A stretch of 11,193 nucleotides of DNA from Gemmatimonadaceae bacterium (GTDB lineage Bacteria > Gemmatimonadota > Gemmatimonadetes > Gemmatimonadales > Gemmatimonadaceae), in contig JBBDYA010000126.1 of NCBI GenBank assembly GCA_040902005.1, positions 1 through 11,193 of the forward strand, read 5' to 3'. The notes below the pieces were generated by a model. It ran no database searches and was not told the origin of the DNA. It worked only from the letters and a program-made list of their open reading frames with translations. Position 1 is the first letter of the stretch. The number at the start of each line of letters is the position of its first letter. Shown here in pieces: positions 1-6,488 of this stretch. Both the position numbers and the translations under genes were made by a program.

Positions 1-2
1 AT

Positions 3-92
3 CACCGGTCGCACATCTGCGTCAAGCTCGGGATCACCGGCATCAACGCGCTGGTGCGCTTCGCGGCCGAGCACCGCGCCCTGCTCGCGTAG
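3..92 (+). CDS. 3' end (partial) of a NarL/LuxR-family DNA-binding response regulator, C-terminal HTH
   Basis: Not in the ORF track. Frame 3 reads HRSHICVKLGITGINALVRFAAEHRALLA* (TAG 90-92), matching the LuxR HTH tail pattern (H-R-x-x-I-x-x-K-L-G...L-V-R-F-A). It lies directly upstream of a receiver-domain gene. Confidence 0.85.
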   Translation, partial: HRSHICVKLGITGINALVRFAAEHRALLA

Positions 93-109
93 GCCGGGTC
101 TCCGGGTGA

Positions 110-174
110 CCTCCCCCGGAAAACCGGGAGAGGACTCCGATGTAGCCGACCAGGCCCGGCCGTACCCTGTCGCC
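110..174 (+). promoter_or_regulatory. Inverted repeat plus candidate leaderless promoter for the receiver/lipoprotein unit
   Basis: Inverted repeat CCTCcCCCGG-AAAA-CCGGGaGAGG at 110-133 (9 of 10 pairs). TANNNT hexamer TACCCT at 163-168 lies 6 nt before ATG 175, and that ATG has no Shine-Dalgarno. Confidence 0.4.
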
Positions 175-534
175 ATGTCCGTACTGATCGTGGACGACAA
201 CGAGCGCATGCGAGAGACCATCAGGGAAGTCGTGCAGCAACTGCACCCCGACATCCACCAGTGTGCCGACGGCGCGAGCGCGGTTGCACTGTACGAGCGT
301 ATGCGCCCGGACTGGGTGCTCATGGACGTCGCGATGGACGGCATGAACGGCGTGGAAGCCACTCGGCGCATCCGCGCGGCCGATCCCAACGCGCGCGTGG
401 TGATCGTGACCGACCACGACAGCGCGGCATACCGGCACGCGGCCCGGGAGGCCGGTGCCTGCGCGTTCGTGCCCAAGGCAGACCTCACCAAGCTGCTCGA
501 CGTGATCGAGCGAAACCCAGAGAGGGACGTATGA
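175..534 (+). CDS. Single-domain response regulator (NarL-like receiver, no output domain), 119 aa
   Basis: MSVLIVDD...PDWVLMDVAMDGMNGVEATRRI...VVIVTDH...AGACAFVPK contains the acidic pocket DD, the phospho-acceptor D, and the conserved T and K. ATG 175 is preferred over GTG 106 because the receiver fold begins there. Confidence 0.92.
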   Translation: MSVLIVDDNERMRETIREVVQQLHPDIHQCADGASAVALYERMRPDWVLMDVAMDGMNGVEATRRIRAADPNARVVIVTDHDSAAYRHAAREAGACAFVPKADLTKLLDVIERNPERDV

Positions 535-3500
535 AGAGAACAGGATCCTTCCGCTTCCTGCCGGCCGCAGTCGTCGCGATTCTCTTCGTCAGCGGGTGCG
601 AGCCTGGGGTCCCGACTGGCGTCACGAGGAGCGACGTCGCGCCCGCGATGCTGGATGGCGGGACGGGGCAGCCGACCTTCACGGCGGTTCAGGACGGAGT
701 ATGGGACTCGCCGGCCACCTGGGGCGGTACCGTCCCCAGCGTGGCGTCTACCAAAGTCATCCCGGAGGGCATCTCGGTCCAGGGCTCCTTCCCGACGGGC
801 GTCACCAACTCCGGCATCATCAAGAACGCGGGAAGGCTCCATTCCTTCGAAGTGAATAACTCCGGATCCATCGCGAACACGGGGACCCTGGAGATCGTGG
901 GGGTGAACACCGGCTCGATCAACAACGCCCCCGATGCCGAGCTGTGGGTCCACCCCTCATCGCGATTCGAGAACCGCGGGACGATCGTGACGGCTGGCCT
1001 GATCGATGTGGCGGTCCACAGAACCAACACCCCCTTAGAGCTCTTCAGCGCAGACCACGGCTTGATCAATTTCTCGCGTATCGACATCGCGGCGGGTGGG
1101 GAGATCAGAAACAATGGCACGTTCGAGAACGCAGCGGAGGGTCTGGTGCACGTCGCGCAGGACGGCACGCTGCGTAATCACGCGGGGTTTCTGCGTGGAG
1201 TGCGGAATTTCGGGACGATCGACAGCTATGGCTCTGTCATCAGTGACCGCTCCCTCGTGTTTGCGTCGTCGGGGCAGTTTTTCAACTTCGGTACCATCAA
1301 CATCCAAGCGACTGGCGAGCTGATAAACCGCAGCACGTTCACCAACCAATTCGTCGTCGTCATCCTCGGGCGAGGCCGCAACGTCCACATTATCGAGAAC
1401 CACGCGATCATCGCGACCCTCGGGATACTCGACAATTTCCCCGGCGGCAGGATCAACAACAGCAGCCTCTTGTCGGTCCCGCCCGGCGGCGTACTCGATA
1501 ACAGTCGTGGCGCCAGCATCGTGCACGACAACATTGACGCTGCGTCACTCGGTGTGGCTGCGGGAGGTACGGTCCTGAACGAGGGGACCGTCACCGGTGT
1601 CGGGACACTCCAGAATGACGGCTTCATTCGGAATGGGAGCTTCGGCACGTTGAGCAGCCAACGCACACAGAACTTCGGCAACGTTGAGAATCTTGGACGC
1701 ATTCTTGTGCCGGCCGGGAATTCCTTCAGCAACTTGCCAGGTGCGGAGGTAGTCAATGCGACGCGCGCCAACGGCGGCGGCCTGATCCAGGTCGCCGGTT
1801 TCTGGGGCAATGGCAATGCCCGGCGGACCATCAACCAATGCCGCGCGGTCATCGAGCTCACCGGCACATGGTCCGGCGACGCAGTGCGGGAGATCCTGTG
1901 CACGCCCAGCCTGACGGCTCCTGCACAGGATGCCACGGTCGCGCTGCCACGTCCCTCGCTCGAGTGGCATGCGGGGCACGAGGTACGGGAGGTCCTGTAT
2001 GCGGTGTCGCTGGCAGGCGACACCGACCCGAGCACTCCGCTCGGCGTCACCGATCCGGCGGCCGACGAGGACCAGGCGGGGATCTTCCGCGCCAAGCCCG
2101 CCCACGATCTGCAGGCCGGTCGGTACACGTGGTCCGTCACGACGTCGTTGTCGCCCGACTTTGCCCCCGGTTACCCCTTCGCCTTCGAGGCCGTGACAAC
2201 CGACCCCGGCGCATTCGATGTGCCCGCCTTCGATGAGACACCTCCAATCATCGCGCCGGTCATAAGCGGCACGCTGGGAGACAACGGCTGGTACCGCTCG
2301 AACGTCTCCGTGTCCTGGAGCGTGTCCGACGCCGAATCCACGGTGTCGTCCAGCGAGGGGTGCACGACCGTGAACGTCGAGCAGGACACGCCGGGCGTCA
2401 CGTTGACATGTACCGCCGAGTCGCCAGGAGGCATGGCCACTCAGAGCGCCACAATCAGACGGGATGCGACGGTTCCACAGGTCTCGGCGTCGCGGAGTCC
2501 GGTCGCGAACGCGAACGGCTGGAACAACACGAGCGTGACGGTCTCCGCGAGCGGCGTGGACGCCACTTCGGGAATCGCGAGCTGCACCACTGCCGCTGTC
2601 ACCGCCGATGGGGCAGGTCAGGAGGGGATCGCGAGTTGTACCGATGGCGCCGGAAACACCGCCAGCGTTACGCTAGGTGACATCAACATCGACAAGACGG
2701 CGCCGACCGTGACTGGAACCCGGCGGATTCCCGAGCCCAACGCCCACGGCTGGAACAACGTGGACGTGACCATCGAGTGGGGCTGCAGCGACGGCCGGTC
2801 GGGCGTGGACCGCACCAAGCCGTTCGACGTGACAGTCACCACGGAGGGCGCGGGGCAGTCGGGTACGGGAACGTGCTTCGATAACGCCGGTAACACCGCC
2901 ACCGTCACCGTGGGCGACGTCAACATCGACAAGACGGCGCCGACCGTGACCGGAACTCGGCGGATTCCGGAGCCCAACGCCCACGGCTGGAACAGCGTGG
3001 ACGTGACCATCGAGTGGGGCTGCAGCGACGGCCAGTCGGGCGTGGACCGCACCAAGCCGTTCGACGTGACGGTCACGAGCGACGGCGCTGGGCAATCGGG
3101 TACGGGAACGTGCTTCGATCACGCCGGCAACACCGCCACCGTCATCGTGGGCGACGTCAACATTGACCGCGTGCCGCCGAGCGTGACCGGAACCCCGAGC
3201 CGCGCGCCGGATCGCAACGGGTGGTACCGCATGCCGCTCGGCATAGCGTGGTCGGGCAACGACGGGCTCTCGGGTGTGGCGAGCTGCGCGCCGGCCGCCA
3301 ACTACAGCGGGCCGGATGGCGCCAACGCCGGCGTCGGCGGCACGTGCCGCGACCACGCGGACAACGAGGGCGCGGGCGCGTTCGGCTTCAAGTACGACGC
3401 CACGTCCCCGGTCATCACGTTCACCGGTAACCAGGGCTCGTACAACGTGGACCAGACTGTGCGCATCACGTGCAGCGCGACCGACGCAGCGTCGGGCATC

Positions 3501-3857
3501 GACGCGGGGAGCACAACCTGTCCCGAGATCGATGCGCCGGCGTACACCTTCGCAGTCGGCAGCCACTCCATAGTAGCAACGGCGACCGACGCTGCGGGGA
3601 ACGTTCGCACCGAATCGTCCACGTTCACCGTCGAAGTCACGTACCAGAGTCTCGGGAACGTGATCGATCTCGTCGTATCGAACGACGGCGTCGCCAGCTC
3701 GCTGGAGGAGAAGCTGGTGGCGGCCAGCAACGCACCGACGGCGGGCGCCAGGGCGGGTCAGCTCCGGGCGTTCGTCAATCAGGTGAACGCACACCGGGGC
3801 CGCCAGATATCGAGCCGTGACGCCGACGTGCTCATCAAGCTGGCCGGAGGTCTCTGA
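531..3857 (+). CDS. Large modular surface lipoprotein / putative adhesin (beta-helix-like region, Ig-like repeats, FIMAH-like C-terminus), 1108 aa
   Basis: ATG 531 overlaps the upstream TGA (ATGA) and follows GAGGGA. MKRTGSFRFLPAAVVAILFVSG-C23 gives a basic n-region, hydrophobic h-region and lipobox. Many N-x-G-x-(I/L/F) repeats span ~800-1900. Six D-x-(T/V)-x-P-initiated repeats, five with (N/H)GW, start at 2232, 2463, 2691, 2928, 3165 and 3396. A helical tail (SLEEKL...QLRAFVNQVNAHRGRQIS...ADVLI) begins at ~3636. Confidence 0.85.
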   Translation: MKRTGSFRFLPAAVVAILFVSGCEPGVPTGVTRSDVAPAMLDGGTGQPTFTAVQDGVWDSPATWGGTVPSVASTKVIPEGISVQGSFPTGVTNSGIIKNAGRLHSFEVNNSGSIANTGTLEIVGVNTGSINNAPDAELWVHPSSRFENRGTIVTAGLIDVAVHRTNTPLELFSADHGLINFSRIDIAAGGEIRNNGTFENAAEGLVHVAQDGTLRNHAGFLRGVRNFGTIDSYGSVISDRSLVFASSGQFFNFGTINIQATGELINRSTFTNQFVVVILGRGRNVHIIENHAIIATLGILDNFPGGRINNSSLLSVPPGGVLDNSRGASIVHDNIDAASLGVAAGGTVLNEGTVTGVGTLQNDGFIRNGSFGTLSSQRTQNFGNVENLGRILVPAGNSFSNLPGAEVVNATRANGGGLIQVAGFWGNGNARRTINQCRAVIELTGTWSGDAVREILCTPSLTAPAQDATVALPRPSLEWHAGHEVREVLYAVSLAGDTDPSTPLGVTDPAADEDQAGIFRAKPAHDLQAGRYTWSVTTSLSPDFAPGYPFAFEAVTTDPGAFDVPAFDETPPIIAPVISGTLGDNGWYRSNVSVSWSVSDAESTVSSSEGCTTVNVEQDTPGVTLTCTAESPGGMATQSATIRRDATVPQVSASRSPVANANGWNNTSVTVSASGVDATSGIASCTTAAVTADGAGQEGIASCTDGAGNTASVTLGDINIDKTAPTVTGTRRIPEPNAHGWNNVDVTIEWGCSDGRSGVDRTKPFDVTVTTEGAGQSGTGTCFDNAGNTATVTVGDVNIDKTAPTVTGTRRIPEPNAHGWNSVDVTIEWGCSDGQSGVDRTKPFDVTVTSDGAGQSGTGTCFDHAGNTATVIVGDVNIDRVPPSVTGTPSRAPDRNGWYRMPLGIAWSGNDGLSGVASCAPAANYSGPDGANAGVGGTCRDHADNEGAGAFGFKYDATSPVITFTGNQGSYNVDQTVRITCSATDAASGIDAGSTTCPEIDAPAYTFAVGSHSIVATATDAAGNVRTESSTFTVEVTYQSLGNVIDLVVSNDGVASSLEEKLVAASNAPTAGARAGQLRAFVNQVNAHRGRQISSRDADVLIKLAGGL
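2683..3167 (+). repeat. Intragenic tandem duplication, 237-bp unit (79 aa), two full copies
   Basis: The AACAT(C/T)GAC anchor recurs at 2685, 2922 and 3159 (period 237). Manual alignment gives about 15 mismatches in 237 bp (~94% identity) and 6 amino-acid changes. Confidence 0.95.
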
Positions 3858-3878
3858 TCGCAGCCCACCGGCGTCGTC

Positions 3879-6374
3879 CTACTCGTACCGCAGCGCCTGC
3901 ATCGGATCCACGCGCGAGGCGCGCAGCGCCGGCACATACCCGGCGGCCAGCGCGACGAGCGACAGCAGCACCACCGACGTCACCATCACCACCGGGTCCG
4001 CGCCGGTGATCCCGAACAGCATGGACCGCGCGGCCCTCCCCATCCCGACCGCGGCGGCGACGCCGATGACGCCCCCGATCAGCACCATCATCCCCACCTG
4101 GCGCAGCACCATCCGCTGCACCTGCGACGCGGCCGCGCCGAGCGCCATGCGCACGCCGATCTCGCGGGTGCGCTGCGCCACAGAGTAGGCAAGCACGCCG
4201 TAGAGTCCCACGGAAGCCAGAAGGGTGGCGAGGATCGCGAACGCCGCCGACATCGTGCTGATCAACCGGTCGAGGAAGACGTTCTGCTTGATCGTTTCTG
4301 GCATCGTCTCGAGTCCCTGCACGGGGAGCATCGGATCCAGCCGCGCGACCGCCGCGGGGATCGCGCGGACGATCGTATTCGGCTCGCCTTCAGTGCGCAC
4401 GTAGAAGTTCATCGTCCCGATGTTCCCACGCTGGCGGTGCGGGGTGAAGAACACCGCGGGGATTTCGTCCTTCACGCGCGCATACTTGGTGTCGCGCACC
4501 AGCCCCACGATCTCCGTGTCGAGTGTCACCGTGTCCCCGGTGCGCGCGGCCATGAGTCTGCCCACGGGATTGGCGCCGAGTCCGAAGCGGCGCGCGAAGG
4601 TCTCGTTCACGATCGCCACCAGCGGCCGGCCAACTGCATCGGCAGCGCTGAACTCGCGTCCCGCCAGCAGGTCGATTCCGACCGAAGCGAAGTAGCCCGG
4701 TCCGACGGAATTGAAGTTGACGTTGGCGTTCGAGCCGTCGGGGGCGCGATATCCCTGGACGGTCACGTTCGTGCCCCAACTGCTCCCCGCGATCAGCGGC
4801 ACCATGGACGACGTCACCCGCGTCGCGCCCTGAAGCGACGCCAGCTCCTCCTCCATGCGCGTGTAGAGCGTGCGCGCGCGCACGGAGTCGTACCCGCTCC
4901 GGCCGGGCGACACGGCGAACGTCACCAGCTTCTCCACCCGCACGCCGAGGTCCACCTGGCTCACCTTCCAGAGGCTCTTGAGGAAGAGTCCCGCGCTCAT
5001 GAGCAGCGCCATGGCAATGGCGATCTGGCCGGTGGCCAGCGTGGTGCGGAATCGCCGCGCGGCGCGGCCACCGGCGAGCTTCCCAGAGTTGTTGCGCAGC
5101 GCGGTGACGAGATCGGGGCGCGTGCTGTGCATGGCCGGGAAGAGCCCGAACACCAGGCCGGTGGCCACCGAGAGCACCGCCGCGAAAACCACCGCCGCCC
5201 AGTTGACGCTGAAGTGCATCGACTCGGTGACCTCCGACGGCAGCAGCGCGCTGAGTCCGCGCAGCGTCCACGAGGCGAACAGCAGGCTCGCCACGCCGCC
5301 GAGCATGGCGAGCGTCACTGACTCCGTGAGCAGTTGCCCGAGCAACTGCCGGCGCGTGGCGCCGAGCGACAGGCGCACGGCCATCTCCATCTCGCGGTTG
5401 GTGGCGCGCACGAGCAGCAGGTTGGCGATGTTCGCGCAGGCGATGAGGAGCACGAGTCCCGTGATGGCGAAGAGCATGTACATCGGGCCAGCGGCACCTC
5501 TCTGCGCCGAACTCTGCCCCCGGCTGCCCGGCTCGACGGTGAGCTGCTTTGCCAGGAACCGCGTCAGGACGGAATCGCGCATCCCCTGCTGGAGCGGGCC
5601 TTCGACTTCCCTGAGGATCGGCTGATACACCGCATTGATGGCCGGGCGCGCCCGATCGATGGTGACTCCGGGCGCCAACCGCGCAAAGACGTACAGCCAG
5701 TAGGCGCGGCGCCCCTCCATCCCCGCGCCCAGCTCGGTGGTCATGGCCAGCGGCGCGTAGAACGACGGACGCTCTCCGACCGTGGTGCCCTCGAACCGCT
5801 CCGACGTCACGCCGATGATGGTCAGGGGCTTGCCGTGCACCAGCAGCGTCCGGCCGACGATCGCGCTGTCCGCGCCAAGCTGCGCTTCCCAGAAGCGATG
5901 GCCCAGCACCACGACCGGATGCCCACCGGGCGTTTCGTCATCAGCCGGCATGAGCAGCCGTCCCAGCGCCGGTCGCACGCGAAGCGCCGGAAAATACGTC
6001 CCGGAGACGACCAGCCCCCCCGTGGAGAAGCTGCGATTCTCGTAGGCGACGTTCGCGGTGAAGGTGCGGTGCCCGGCGAGCGCGCTGAAGACAGTCTGAT
6101 TCGACTGCTGGAGGTCGCGGAACATCGGGAGGCTGAACACATCGTCGCACCCGCCGGCCATGCCGCACGACTGCGACCCGTGCTTGGGGCCGGGGGCGCC
6201 GAGGTTCACCAGCCGCTCCGGCTCCTGCACCGGAAGGTCCTGCCGCACGATCCGGTGGTACATCGAGTAGATCGCGGCGTTGGACCCGATGCCCAGACCC
6301 AGCGACAGCGCGGCAACGGCGGTAACGATCGGCGTCCTCGAGAGCGTGCGGAGGGCCAGGACCAGGTTGCGCAT
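3879..6374 (-). CDS. ADOP-family duplicated ABC permease (2x MacB periplasmic core + FtsX), 831 aa, without N-terminal prefix domain
   Basis: Motifs LSLGLGIGSNAAIYS, LVLLIACANIANLLLVRA..REMEMAVRLSLGA, LLASVGLYGVLAYSVAQRTREIGVRMALGA and C-terminal PALRASRVDPMQALRYE are diagnostic of this family. No Walker A/B motifs. Confidence 0.95.
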   Translation of the reverse strand: MRNLVLALRTLSRTPIVTAVAALSLGLGIGSNAAIYSMYHRIVRQDLPVQEPERLVNLGAPGPKHGSQSCGMAGGCDDVFSLPMFRDLQQSNQTVFSALAGHRTFTANVAYENRSFSTGGLVVSGTYFPALRVRPALGRLLMPADDETPGGHPVVVLGHRFWEAQLGADSAIVGRTLLVHGKPLTIIGVTSERFEGTTVGERPSFYAPLAMTTELGAGMEGRRAYWLYVFARLAPGVTIDRARPAINAVYQPILREVEGPLQQGMRDSVLTRFLAKQLTVEPGSRGQSSAQRGAAGPMYMLFAITGLVLLIACANIANLLLVRATNREMEMAVRLSLGATRRQLLGQLLTESVTLAMLGGVASLLFASWTLRGLSALLPSEVTESMHFSVNWAAVVFAAVLSVATGLVFGLFPAMHSTRPDLVTALRNNSGKLAGGRAARRFRTTLATGQIAIAMALLMSAGLFLKSLWKVSQVDLGVRVEKLVTFAVSPGRSGYDSVRARTLYTRMEEELASLQGATRVTSSMVPLIAGSSWGTNVTVQGYRAPDGSNANVNFNSVGPGYFASVGIDLLAGREFSAADAVGRPLVAIVNETFARRFGLGANPVGRLMAARTGDTVTLDTEIVGLVRDTKYARVKDEIPAVFFTPHRQRGNIGTMNFYVRTEGEPNTIVRAIPAAVARLDPMLPVQGLETMPETIKQNVFLDRLISTMSAAFAILATLLASVGLYGVLAYSVAQRTREIGVRMALGAAASQVQRMVLRQVGMMVLIGGVIGVAAAVGMGRAARSMLFGITGADPVVMVTSVVLLSLVALAAGYVPALRASRVDPMQALRYE

Positions 6375-6414
6375 GACGTGCGTTGGGAAGGGGTTACCTA
6401 GCTATACGTTGCCG

Positions 6415-6441
6415 AACGAGCGCCAGCCAGCCTCGGTTTCA
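6415..6441 (-). promoter_or_regulatory. Candidate ECF-sigma promoter upstream of the second permease
   Basis: Minus strand reads TGAAAC-N17-CGTT in the 114-bp gap between the permeases, resembling the AAC/CGT consensus of ECF promoters (B. subtilis SigM/SigW type). Confidence 0.3.
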
Positions 6442-6488
6442 CTCGCGATCAGTCCTGGCGCGCCGCAGGTGTGAAGGCTGTTCGCGAC

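Noticed and set aside
261..530. N-terminal extension of the 1198-aa ORF
   Set aside because: It overlaps the receiver gene in another frame and is Arg-rich shadow translation. The signal peptide starts at ATG 531.
2683..3167. 237-bp repeat pair as a diversity-generating retroelement TR/VR
   Set aside because: Most mismatches are not at adenines and many are synonymous third positions. Both copies are in frame in one gene, and no reverse transcriptase is present.
2683..3167. CRISPR array
   Set aside because: The unit is 237 bp, protein-coding, and has no unique spacers.
531..3857. Autotransporter, or export substrate of the neighbouring permeases
   Set aside because: There is no C-terminal beta-barrel or terminal aromatic residue. 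The permeases are convergently transcribed under separate regulation, so adjacency alone is not evidence.
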